DNA of 64,000 bases from Amoebophrya sp. A120 (taxonomy: Eukaryota > Protista > Dinoflagellata), in assembly GCA_905178155.1 (NCBI GenBank), contig CAJINV010000005.1, positions 6,980,356-7,044,355 on the forward strand. The letters are read 5' to 3'. A program made the translations under genes and the position numbers. The notes under the pieces were generated by a model. The model did not search any database and was not told where the DNA came from. It was given only the letters and a program-made list of their open reading frames with translations. Shown piece by piece: positions 14,001 through 25,331 of this stretch (positions are counted from its first letter, which is position 1; every line of letters begins with the position of its first letter).

Positions 14001-14018
14001 TAGCAGCCGAAGAAGTAG
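11008..14018 (+). CDS. neuB: N-acetylneuraminate/nonulosonate synthase (NeuB/SpsE family), short form without C-terminal SAF/AFP-like domain, 11 exons
   Basis: Joined exons: IVAEIGINHNGD, AGCDSVKIQKR, RDTPWGRMTYLEYK, FFASVWD, KIPSA, LIISTGMST, MHTNSTYPCP, IGYSGHE, VERHIT, SDQLSSVEP; 9 TIR introns plus one GT-AG intron (12308-12508). Confidence 0.93.
11084..11228. mobile_element. Introner-like intron, family A
   Basis: tatcctgtacaaa...tttgcaatgcata; TSD caatg; restores NHN-GD. Confidence 0.9.
11345..11606. mobile_element. Introner-like intron, family F
   Basis: tatcaaatgcaaaaatgtctgggtctggaag...cttccagacccagacacttttgcagttgata; TSD gaagc/gaaac. Confidence 0.9.
11648..11911. mobile_element. 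Introner-like intron, family F
   Basis: tatcaactgcaaaaatgtctggg...cccagacacttttgcaatgcata; TSD gacgt. Confidence 0.9.
12022..12179. mobile_element. Introner-like intron, family A (degenerate TIR)
   Basis: tatgcattgcaaaa...ttttggagagaata; TSD ggaca. Confidence 0.85.
12768..13073. mobile_element. Introner-like intron, family D
   Basis: tatgggagtgtcag...ctgacgcttccata; TSD gggtc; restores WGS-DQ. Confidence 0.9.
13132..13340. mobile_element. Introner-like intron, family C
   Basis: tatgcaagaaaaaaactgtg...cacagtttttttcttggata; TSD gggca. Confidence 0.9.
13381..13639. mobile_element. Introner-like intron, family G-like
   Basis: tat...tgttacaatctcaa / ttgagattgtaaca...ata; TSD aacca/aacta. Confidence 0.8.
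13656..13806. mobile_element. Introner-like intron, family B (opposite orientation to 953-1091)
   Basis: tatgcaacgtaatttt...aaatttactgtggata; TSD aggat. Confidence 0.9.
13859..14002. mobile_element. Introner-like intron, family A
   Basis: tatcctgtgcaaa...tttgcaatttata; TSD gcagc. Confidence 0.9.
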
Positions 14019-15609
14019 TGAAGGCTTGTTTGGCATTTTTGCAGGGGCAACTGGGGGTGATCTCTGTGTGTGTGATTATCTGTAGGGCTACCCAGGAGTG
14101 AAAAGAACTTGACAGACCTCGGCTCTGCCGGCCGTATTAAACTTCAATTCACGGATTCTATCTTGCTGAATTTTTACCTGATGAGGTCGATTCTGCGATC
14201 ATTCACATCTATTTTTTCAACGCTAATTTGCCCTCTTTATCTTTTCAAAGAAATGTTGTTAGTAATTGTGATTTGATTTTTTGACAGAGACGCAGATGAA
14301 AGATTGAGATATTAGTTGATGGTAGCGATTATATGTAACTGCTTTCACAGAAGGTGGAGTTGTTAGCCCTTTTTGTCGTCCTCGAGACGTCTCCTGAAAC
14401 CGATGAAAGTAATATGAAAAAAGTTTGACGAATGAGCAAAAGCGCGTGCTGGCGCACAGTCTGTCAGGGTCGCGTTGGCCGCGAGCTTCCGTGGTCGTAG
14501 TGGTACTTGAGAAAAAAAAAAACCGAAAGCAAACTGCCCTTTTGTCGCTGTTCAGCTGATGTTCTTGCTCATGATGTGAAACAGATTCGATTGGTATTCG
14601 ACAAGACTATCGATCGGTTTGTACCGTACCTCTATTCGAGAATATCGGTTGTCTACTTCCGTGGTCGTACACATAGTCTTCAAGCAGGCGAATGATTATC
14701 GGTCTCGTCTTCTAATTGAAAGTCGTATTCGTAATGATACTTCCTTGTTTTTCCTCGTATTATCGATTGCTTTTTCCTCGTACGATGTTGTATAGTGGTA
14801 TAAGCATTTTATTTCCTCGTACTACCGGTCGTGTGGCTCTGATCGATCATCGGTCTGATTGTGGTATTCGTTCAACAACTCACATTTCAATATTTCTTCG
14901 GTTCGTCACACGGCGCTGCTGCTCCGGCGCAGAAGTTTTTAGGCGACGGTTGCGTTACTTACGTACGAGTTTTCACTTCGTATAGCTTTATTGATCGAAC
15001 ATGACGTGTACTAGGGCTTTCCTGTGCTAAAAATATTTCCATTCTGGTCTGCTGGCTTTTCTGCGCAGTGCTTTGACAGAAAATCAAAATAATTCCTCCG
15101 ACAGGTTTTGGTGCGAAAACTTTCTTGACTTGTTGGTCGTCCCCACGTCTGCAAGCCCTGAAAGAACACAGAAGTACTACCGCATTTAACATTTCACGAC
15201 TTCGATTTTTCGAACAACAAACTTAAGCTTTTTTCTTCTATAGTACGAGACAACTAGTACAATGAACTGTAGTTTGAGCAGTCACCTTGATCTTCTATCT
15301 TTTACAAACAAACAAAATCACTATCCCTAAATACGCCTGCTGCAACGTTAGCTACGACGTGCGAAAAGGTGTAATCACTGCTGCTCAAAAGTAGCGCTGT
15401 TTCCTGCTCAACAGAAGTACTTCTTGTAGACGAGTATTTCAATTTCTGTTGCTTTTCATCCAGAAGTAGATCCACGTGAAGTTGTAGCCTTCACTGCTGT
15501 GTCACCACCAAGGAACATGACTTTCACGACTCGAGGCGCTCCTGTCGGACCACGTCAACAGCGGCCCGCAGGTCGTCCCGCAGGTCGTTCCAGCATGATC
15601 ACCGCGAGC

Positions 15610-15842
15610 TATGAGACTGCACAACAACTCTCCCTCGTTTTCAACTCTCATGAAAAACACTAACTCCACCCCTTGCCTTGTGCCACTAGCTACCATGCAT
15701 GACAGATTTATTCCGAAGCCGAAACAGCACTAAAATCGGCCGTGAATTTGATGTCATGCACCAAAATCTGCATCTGTGTGAGCACTCGTGTTGCTGTGGA
15801 TGCCATCCAAATGAGGGGGAGGTGCAGTTGTGCACTCTCATA
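15610..15842. mobile_element. Introner-like element, family E; host gene uncertain
   Basis: tatgagactgcacaac...gttgtgcactctcata; TSD cgagc. Confidence 0.85.
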
Positions 15843-16303
15843 CGAGCACGACGACGCGTAGAAGTCGTGCTCGCGCCCCCTGGTCGACGTTTCCGGCGTA
15901 CAAGAAGAGGAGCACCAGAACTATGCGCCGCCGGCTATCGTGCGTAAAAACGTCGTCTCCACGCCAGAATCTAGACGGTGACTTTGCAACACAAATCCAG
16001 AGGCTTTAGGAATCGCGGATCATGACTAGTTTGGCGCTGGTGCAGTGTAATCTTGCCGAGCTAGCCCAGACGCATTTTTACAATAAATTCGCCCAGTTGA
16101 TGTTCTGATTAGTGCATTGCAGCTTCCCAAGGGCCATTACGAAACGCCTCTCATATAAGTTGAGAAACATCCTGCGCATACAAATTGACAAAAAAAAATT
16201 GCATAACAGCGCTGGAGGGGTGGGGACGTCTTTGTATAGGATACCGGTTACCTTTGCGGAGGAGTAAGTTCCTGCTTGCTGCAAGTACCGCCGTGCGCGT
16301 CGC

Positions 16304-18000
16304 GATGGTACCAACATGCACGACGTCGACCCTAGAAGTGCTATCGCCTGGCCCACGTCTCGTCGGTGCCGTGAACGTGGAGAAAATCAACGCACAGCAG
16401 CAATCACAGCAGCAGGGCAATGCTGGAAACGGCAGCGGCACCACGACGAACACAGCGCAAACTGCGCAGCCGAGCTCGAAGACGAACGAGGGCAATTGCA
16501 ATGGCGGCGGCTCCTGTATGAAAAAGCAAACTTCGCATTACTTCAGCTTTCTAATACGTACATCTATCACGAAGATAGCACCGACGCTGCTCTTCTTGCG
16601 CTATCCTCTTTGCATCACGTCGAGGACCGCGAGTGTGAAGGGGTGGCGCGTTGTATAGGGCTAGGGGGCCAGCAGGCATTGGAAGTGAAGGAAGCTGTTT
16701 TTTCTTATGCATAGTATGCGGCCAGAACACCAGTGGTGAGGAGCTGCAAAGGATGAAAGACGGGACACCGAAGGCCGTCATCGGTCAGTTTTCCGACCCA
16801 CACAAAGGGCCTGATGTGGTCCCGGACCCGGCAGAACAACCGCCGCGAGGACCTTCTTCCGCATCACGGCTGCAAGCTTCTCAGCGCGTACCGTCCAGTG
16901 AGGGAGCAGGCACAGGGACAAGCACTGCTGCTGCTGCAGGCGGGCACCAGGACCCGGACCAGCCCAGGAATCCAACTGATCTCGCGGCCGCCGCTTCCTT
17001 GTCTACCAAAAGAACGACCAGCAAGACGGGGGGATCGCCACCTGGCGTTGATGAAGCTTCCACGAGGACCAGCGGCAACGAGATTACACCTGGAGATCCA
17101 CTAAAGGCTGCTGCTGCAGGCGAGCACCAGAGTGCTGGAGAACCACCACCACGATGTGAGACGCTGACGGATGGCCAGGCGGAGGGAGTCCTGTGTGCGT
17201 TGCCGAACGGGTCGACGTACCAGGGGCAGTGGAAGGACGGCAAGAGGCACGGCGAAGGTGTGTACACGTGGGAGAATGGGGCGAGGTACAATGGGCAGTG
17301 GGTGAATGGCAAGAGGGGCGGCAGCGGTGACACGTGGGCGGACGGGAGGACTGTGTACGTTGGGCAGTACAAGGACGACAAGCCACACGGCGAGGGCACG
17401 CATACGTTGCCGGACGGGTCGACGTACAAGGGGCAGTGGAAGGGCGGAAAGATGCACGGCGAAGGTGTGTACACGTGGCCGGACGGGGCGACGTACGATG
17501 GGCAGTGGGAGTATGGCAAGAGGGACGGCAACGGTGTGTACAAGCTTCCGGACGTGTCGACGTACGAAGGGCAGTACAAGGACGACAAGAAGCATGGCAA
17601 AGGTGTGCTCACGTGGTCGGACGGGCGGAAGTACGACGGGGAGTGGGAGTATGGCAAGAAGCATGGCAGCGGTTTGTACACGTGGGCGGATGGGACGACG
17701 TACGACGGGCAGTGGCAGTATGACAACATGGACGGCAGCGGTGTGTGCACGTGGGCGGACAGGAGCAAGTACGACGGGCGGTGGCAGGATGGCTTGAGGC
17801 ACGGCGATGGCAAGTACACACGCCCTGGTGGGACGACTTCCTGGGAGGGATCATGGTGGGAAGATAAAGCAGGCTTGCCTCATTATCTCAATCCGCTGCC
17901 CGACCTCGGGACTTGCACGACGGACGGCCATCAGTGGCTGGTCCCCGTGCGGTTTGAAGATTGCAAACCGTGGAAGTGGGGGGATTTTTCTCCGTTTTAG
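16304..18000 (+). CDS. MORN-repeat protein
   Basis: Multiple 23-aa YxGQWxxGKxHGxGVYTWxDG repeats at about 17210-17820; upstream exon joined through intron 16516-16714; start codon uncertain. Confidence 0.85.
16517..16713. mobile_element. Degenerate introner-like intron that also has GT-AG boundaries (16516-16714)
   Basis: G|TATGAAAAAG...TTATGCATA|G; imperfect IR; TSD drifted (tcctg/gtatg); either removal mode keeps the frame. Confidence 0.6.
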
Positions 18001-19509
18001 GACGACACGCCCCAATAACCCCTAGCAGCCCTCCCCTATGTTGCTAGCAAGATGATGATGATGATGATGATGACCCGTGGTCTCCGTGCTAAGGTGGTCG
18101 TGAGGGTCATGGTGATTTTTATGGCGAGCAGGTGTGTATACATAGGGGTGACGAGACTCGAACGGCTACCGAAGGATCGTTGCGGGAACCGTCGGACAAT
18201 GTCACTGTATGTCATGCGCGTCAGCTCGACCATAAAGCGAAGGCAGCACACGAAGATGCGTAGTGCCAGCTCGTCAACAAAGAAGACAGCAGCATCAGGC
18301 GACTTGCTGTGCGTCAACTTGCTTCATCTCTCTTCACAACTTACTAGAACTATATTTATCAGGCTTTGAGCTGATTTTCATTTTTTTTTTACGGCTCAAG
18401 TTTCTTTTTTTGGTTTTCTCATCGGGTTTTTCTTTATCATTCTTATATCTCTTTTGTTCTCCTTCTCCATTTACTACTTTTCCAAAATGCAACGCTTCCA
18501 TGCCTACTTCACCTCCGCCTCCTCCTGCGCCACCGCTCTTCTTCCCTGATTCCGCGACCTACATAGCACGTCCCGGCCCCGGGGCCAACGCCGCAAGGGT
18601 TTCAGGGTACTAAAGGGTTTGTTTAGGGTTCTTAACCTGAATTTGTCAGGCTTTGAGCTGATTTTTACGGCGAGCTGGAGTGCAGCTCTTCCCTAAAGTT
18701 CTCATGTTTGTTCGGTTCGTCTGGTGACATAGTACTAATGCTTTGCATCAGGCTTTATTTTTTTTTGATTTTCTACTTGTTATTTATATTTCTGACGATT
18801 GCGATTCTAGTGCAAGAATATGAGCAAGTGTTTCTGTTTAGATTTACATTCCATTTTTACAACTAAAGACCAACAGTGATTTATAATCGTTTTGTGTATC
18901 TGTATTAGCCCCTTTATTTTCTCACTTCTTTTTTCAACAACGACAGCCCCATGTAAAGATGAAGGCGCCAGCATTCCCCGGGGCGTCCAACTACGAGACG
19001 CGGTCACCATGGACCCAAAAACTCACGCCCAAAAGTAGCCTCCGCGTGCTCGTGTCTGAATGAAGATGATACAACACTAAAAATCAAGCTCGTGCAAATT
19101 ATCGCCATCGGGCAAATTGCAAAATCTTCCACCTCCATCGTGTTAGCAACATGCTTTGGACGGATGTTCCGGTGGATTCTATCGTGGACAACGATGCCGA
19201 GTGCATAACAGAATTCCACGCTTTTCCTGATCAGGGTAGTAGTGAGCAGCGAAATGATATCCTTCGAAAAGACGTCGCTTCATTCTGATTAGTTCGAATC
19301 GCGCATGACAGATTTGCATTTCCCGTGTGATGCGCATGACAAATTGCATTCTCCCCTGCGCATGACAAATCTCAACTTGCCAATGCAGCACGACTTTTAA
19401 GCGCATCACCGCCCAAATTTACATCCAGAAATATGGCATGCACATTTGTCGTCTTTGGTCGATGTTGGTGGTCTGCAGTGGAAGGCTAGTAAGGATGTGT
19501 TGCAGGTAG

Positions 19510-20080
19510 ATGACCACGACCAAAGACGACCCGGCTTGCTGGTATACACTTTTTCCCGGCGTGATCAAGGTGGGGATGGGGCACAGGTTGTGGAACGACG
19601 TGAAGGGCTGCGTGGAAATCATCGCGCAGGCTTGTGCGGAGATACGGAAATACTGCCGGGCGCCGTGCGGGAGCGGTGCGCAGCAGGCAGAATACCTGCA
19701 AGCGATCGAGGAGCTCTTGCTGGAGGCCGTGCACAAGATGGACCAGATCGTGGTTCGAGCCGATCCCCGGGAAGGATATCCCGGCAGAAGTGTTTACACA
19801 CGCGCAGCAGGGGTACGTGGAGAAGGGGAAGCGGAAAAAAGGAAAATCGCCTGCGAAGGACCTTGCCGCCCCGGAGACCTCCGGCGCCGCTTCTTCCAGC
19901 TCGTCGTCCAGTAAGTGGCCAAAAGGACCGACGTTCAGCTTCATCTCTCTCAGCACCACTCTCGACCACGTGGCCATTTCCCCGTCTGAGTCGAAGCGGG
20001 GTCCGCGCGTTGTGCTTGAGTACTAGGAGTCCGACGGTGGCGAGTTGTCCAAGAGCAGTAATCGTCCTCCCGGGTGAGGC
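19510..20080 (+). pseudogene. Frameshifted/stop-containing coding remnant of unknown function
   Basis: GC-rich coding-like segments in two frames (19510-19914, 19634-20026), with an apparent frameshift near 19755 and an in-frame stop. Confidence 0.4.
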
Positions 20081-20156
20081 GTAGATCACGAGCATGGCCG
20101 CTTCCAGAATGTCCGACCTGTCCGCCCGCCGTTTCGAGACGCATCCGCGGGCGCAG

Positions 20157-21009
20157 TTTTGAACTAGCTAGTTAATTATCTGATAAACGCCACATGCATG
20201 CACACCATAAGTAGTGTATTATATGTAGTGAGGTCACCGAACGGTTCTAACCGGGGAGTTTTTTTGCCAGCCAGACAGCAAAACGGCCGCCAGTTTTCAA
20301 GCGGGCGGAAGTGTTTTTGGACATAAAAAATTTGCAATTATCAAGCGGCCGGGGCTTTGCCAACAAACAAGCCCGGTCGAAAACTATCGATTCGCACTGG
20401 ATAAAACGACGCAGGGGAGCCGGCAAAAGGGGCGCCCTTCTGAGGCGCCCGCCGCCTTGGTTTCTGGCGATTTGGGGCGCCCAAAAAGGGGCGCGCAAAA
20501 AGTGCGACCATTTTCAAAACCGCGAATCCGCATGGCACGGCCGCGACTTCGGTGCATTTTGGGCGGCCGCGAAAGCGGCCGCCTTTTCGCCTGTTTCAGA
20601 GCCTTCGAAGCTTTGCAAAAAGCGCCGGCGTGAAAAATAAAAACGCGAAAAAGAAAAAGCGCCCCAGACGCGCAAAGCCAATCCGCATGCTACGGGCCCG
20701 ATTTTTCTTCGCTTTTTGGGCGCCCCCCGTGGCACCCGGATCGGCCCCATAGCATGCGGGCTGGCTTTCGGAGAGGGATTTCGAAGATTTGCCAAAATTT
20801 GCGATGTTTCTCGAGCGGCCGCCATACCGTGCGGCCTAACGCTACTCACGGCGGTATGGCGAGCCCAGAAAAAGCAAAGCCGCGGCCAAGGCGACGGCCG
20901 GCAAGAAAACGCCCACGACCTCACTACCTCCGCCCCGGCGGCTATATTTGGTTCAGGTACCTTAAATTTTTTTTTCAACTTTGAGCATTTCAATCCTGAC
21001 ACGCCCATA
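20157..21009. mobile_element. Right end of a long GC-rich element carrying a family-D TIR
   Basis: Ends ttcaactttgagcatttcaatcctgacacgcccata, matching the right TIR of 6987-7293, 12768-13073 and 39994-40316; the following 51 bp duplicate 19108-19158. Left boundary uncertain. Confidence 0.7.
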
Positions 21010-22891
21010 TCGGGCAAATTGCAAGGTCTTCCACCTCCATCGTGTTAGCAACATGCTTTGAAGAAAGAATCGGTCGCCCGTCTTCCTACGCAAACGAACA
21101 GCCTCGGTCTGAAATCGTGTTGCCTTGATTGATATTCCCAGTTTCTTGTCTTTCGTGACGAAACATCCATTGCGTTTGGTTTAGTGCTATGCCTTCCTCT
21201 CGGTTGCCCTTGCCTGCCTCTCGTCATGTCGTGGTGGTGGTCGTCTGACTCAAGCATATGACTTCTTCCTCGGTTACTTACTAGAGCAGCCGGCGTTCTT
21301 CAGAAAGTAGTGAAAAAACGAAGTCCTACCTCCGAAATTCTAATTCCAATTCGCTTCTTTACTCGAAGTCGTGACGGTATGAGATTTCCAAAGACAGAAG
21401 TAAGTGGGTAGTTCTTCAGCACCACCCGAAGTAAGCATAAGTAGAATAGTACCCGAAGAAGTAGATAAAGTAGTAAGTTCTTGTGCCGGTTGTAAGTGCT
21501 AGAAAGTTTCTTAGCAACGGACCCCCCCTGCTCTTACATGATCAAGAAATCGACATCGAGGATCATCCCTACGGTAGTTTCGTTGCGGCCCACGATCTCT
21601 CCAGTGGCAACGACAAGCGCCTAACATGTACATGATGAAAGACCCGCATCTCTCATCTACTTCGCCATAGGAAAAACGACGTCCCTGCTCAACTGCAGCG
21701 ACTGCGACGAAATCTTCGTTCACGTCGCGGCTGTGGAGGCCTATCTATGGTTGAATGGCTACAGCTGGCCGATGTTTCCACCGTCCTGCCCTTGCTGTGT
21801 TCTTGCGAACCCGGTATCGCGCTTTTGTTGGCTGGCGGGCGATGTACTTGCTTGCGAGCAGTTTTTGTTCGGCAAAAACAACCCCGCCTGCCCTTGGGTG
21901 GATTGTGTTTTACTACTCTGGCTTGCCATTCATGAAGACCGATGTTCTATTTCAGTGTTGGTGCTGCGCCACGCTCGGTAAGGACTTAAAACCGGAGCTC
22001 CGCGCTCTGGGTTTTTCGTTTTCCTATGTAGATTGTGAGGGCTCCGCCTCCAGCTGTTCCCACTGGTGTCGAACTTGTCCTCCATGATTAACAAGAAAAG
22101 GAGAAAAGACTACCTGACTGAGGTGTATGCAAGAAACGTTTGATCAGCTTCGTGTGTCGCTGGCCCGCGAGCATACTCCCATCGATCTGATTTAGATTTT
22201 CGAATGTGGGAACATTTCTTGTACCTACTTCGCTTTATCAGTCGTCCGTGATCGTCCATGTGCCATCGTTCTCTACTTCTCGTTTCATGTTGTCCACTAT
22301 CATGTTGATGCGCACCGACACCGACTCGTCTATTCGTTCCATGACAAAGATAGTCGTCCCTCTCGTGCACTTTAGGCGGGCTGCAGCTCTTCTTTTCGTG
22401 GGCTGAAGAGTATCCATGTAGTATTTTCGAAGCTGTAAAAGTACTGATAATCTAAATGCAAAAGACTCGTGACTCATAAATTGCATTTTCAAGATACAGC
22501 CGTCCCATATCCACCGAAGGTGCCCCTCCAGCACCAGTTCTTCGACCTCTAGTTCGTAGTATACAAAAACTGTTTGTTGCTCTTGAAGCAATTATAAGCG
22601 CCCGTCCTTACTTTACCGTCAGGAGCCTTATTCTTCACGACCAGTGCGTCGCAGACCGCAGACGCGGTCTACTTCTGTTTTAAGTTGTAAATCAATGTAC
22701 TACAGTTGTCGGAGGTACTAGAAGAAGTGTTGATTTCAAGGTGGATATTAAGAGAACTAGTATATACTTGTTTACAAAGCGTAAGTGGTCTGATCATCTT
22801 CGTGGCCCACGCAAGAACTTTTGAATTGCCAAAGTCGCGCCGGCACTATAGGTTGTAGCGGTAGCGCCCATCATGAACACGGAGATGCCAG

Positions 22892-24155
22892 TATCGAACA
22901 AAAATCTGTTATCGTTATCGGATTGGAAATTGCTGGCAAAGCCCAAATTTTTTTGAAGTTTAGCTACTGACTTAGCTACCTCAGCTAGCTATGATTTTGA
23001 ACTAGTTGTGTGCATTTGGCCAAGCGCCGCACCGAAGCCTGGATCATGTCGAGCCCATTCTGCCGGGCCGTTTCGAGCTGCGCGCCAACCCTCCCAGGTG
23101 GATGCGATTTGTTCAGCTTCCGGCAGTGCAAGTTGGAAGCTTGTTTTGGGCTCATAAAGATCAATTTGTAACGCGGACCTGCGTCAGCGGACCTGCGTCA
23201 CAGGCGCGTCGTGTTTTTGACATGGGGAAAGTGCTGCCGTGCCCACTGCATCACACAGATTGATGCCCAGAAATGAGGCAGCTTGGGCGTGCTCTGGTTA
23301 CCGCCCAGTCGTTGATGATGAAATCTGCCCACCATCTCGCGGCCACCATCGTCGCCGGGCTCTGACCTGAGAAATTACGGAGAATAGGGTGGCGCGCGGA
23401 CTATAAAAGTGACCAAAAAGTGTCGGTGTTATCGGTTTCGGCCAGGGCCTCGGAAATCTGGCCAATTTGGCCAGCAAAAATGGCCATTTTTCCGAAGCCT
23501 CCGGGCAAACCGATAACAAGCACCCTTTTTGGCCACTTTTATAGTCCGCGTGCCCCCGTGCTTCGTGTCTTTTATCGGTTTCGGCTTGGCCACCCCACCG
23601 AAAGCGATAACAGAGCAGGGCTTTGCTCAGTTTATCGGGCCCGTGCCACCGTGATCAAAATCTGTTATCGGTTGCGCTTTTGGCATCGCGCCAAATCCAA
23701 CCTTCGCAAAGTAGACCCATAAACTTGAGCTAGCCACGACCTGAGTCGGACTATAAAAGTGGCCAAAAATGGCGCTTGTTATCGGTTTGGCCTTCTGAAC
23801 CGATAGCAGACACCTAAGCACGGCGGCACGCGGACTATAAAAGTGCCCAAAAATGGTGCCTGTTATCGGTTCTGCCGGAGGTCCGGCAAAACGAGGGCAC
23901 TTTCCCCCCCTCCCAGAAAGGAGGTCCGGAGGGCCTCCGGACAACAAGCATCCCCCTTGCCCAAGAACATCCCCAAAGACACCAGCAGGAAACAAGGACG
24001 CCTACAGCTCTGCAAGCACTCCAAAAAGGAGTCTTTGTCGGCGCGCCGCTTCGCCAGCTTGACGAGCGGATCGCCCTCGTCGATCTGCTTCTTCTTTGCC
24101 ATGTCGATCAGCTCGTTCTTACACCCAAACCGCCTCCCCTTGCACTGACACAGAC
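22892..24155. mobile_element. Left end of a long TAT-terminated element with subterminal TGTTATCGG and GGACTATAAAAGTG repeats
   Basis: Starts tat-cgaacaa-aaa exactly where copy 22834-22891 diverges from its uninterrupted copy 25332-25389; about ten TTATCGG-type and four GGACTATAAAAGTG motifs in both orientations. Confidence 0.6.
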
Positions 24156-24192
24156 TCGCGCCGGCACTATAGGTTGTAGCGGTAGCGCCCAT

Positions 24193-25331
24193 CATTCTGA
24201 GAAGTCACTGGATTTGTGATGCGAGAGTTCAAGAATGACAGCTGGGGGATCATTTGTGGTGCATGGTGTCATGATACTACTTAGGCCTCCCGAAAAACTT
24301 GAGACGCGTTCTTGCCCCCGCGCAAGCAAAGCGACGCTCGGTCATGCAAGGCGCAGTATGACAATGTTGACAAGTAGAACTCGCGAAGCGCTTTCTTCCT
24401 GACTGAGCCAAGATCAAGAACACATTTGCATATGCATAATGAAAGAGGCTTAAGAAACCAAAATGGTTTCGAGTTCGACGAGGAACCGCGTGTGCCGAAG
24501 ATTTCTTCGACCTGGAAAATACTGCATGGCACAAAAGGAAAAACGGAAGCAGCTCTTTAGTTTCATCTTCACGCAGAGAAGGAGGGCGGTAGTACTGCAG
24601 TGAGTCGTTTCAAAATTTTTTACTTCGTCCATCAAGACGTAAAGGAGTCTGCTTCAGAGTAGTCGTAGTCGTAGTCGTACTGCTGGTACTACGCGACTGC
24701 CCAAAAACACCAAGAAGTCGTCCACTACTACAAAAAAGAACAAGTTGTAGTTCTCGCCGTGGTCCAGAAATCATCGACTACTACAGAACTTCTTCGTCTT
24801 CTCGTGCATAAGTAATTTCTCGTCAACATCGTGAAAAACCGCTTTGTCGTCCACTGATCGTAAGCGACGACCCAGGATCGTAGTGTTTCTACTTTCGTGG
24901 TACACCAATTGATAATCCTCTAGATGTACTTCTGAGTTTGTCGCAGGAGCACTAGGATAGTATGCAAGTAGTCGATCTTTGTCTTTCAACACTTTCAGTA
25001 GTGCAGTCAGGAACAACAAATAAAAAAACCACACGCTCCCCTAATAATTGCAATTGGCGTGGTTTTTCTGCATCCTTCTTGCGTGCAACTTCTTCCCGGT
25101 GTCTAAAGAAAAGTTGAGCAGGACATCCCCCACGATCCCCTCAGTACGTACACGCAGGTGTGCAGGAAATCTTCCTTCTCCGTTTTTTACTTTCTATCAA
25201 ATCGTCGCTCGTAAGTGAGTACCATGATGACGCTGCACGACGACGTCAAGGACATCAAAAATGGTTTGAAGAAGCCTCCTATGAAGATTTTTTCATGGTG
25301 CGCTCTTCTCCATCTTCAGCGCAAGTCCTGT
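24193..25331 (+). repeat. Segmental copy of about 52738-52991 + 53673-53829 + 54648-55386
   Basis: Near-identical sequence by direct comparison; includes a 5'-truncated copy of introner 52718-52982. Confidence 0.9.

Noticed and set aside
16881-17819. Long minus-strand and alternative-frame ORFs over the MORN gene (also 31900-32865 and 63180-63992)
   Set aside because: Shadows of repetitive GC-rich + strand coding sequence.
19258-19410. Possible additional introner with three gcgcatgaca motifs
   Set aside because: No clean ATA end or TSD could be defined.
22110-22591. Minus-strand ORF fragments as a possible transposase
   Set aside because: No recognisable DDE, RT or recombinase motif; interrupted by stops.
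23395-23875. GGACTATAAAAGTG repeats as CRISPR repeats or TATA boxes
   Set aside because: Irregular spacing and mixed orientation; better explained as subterminal repeats of an element.
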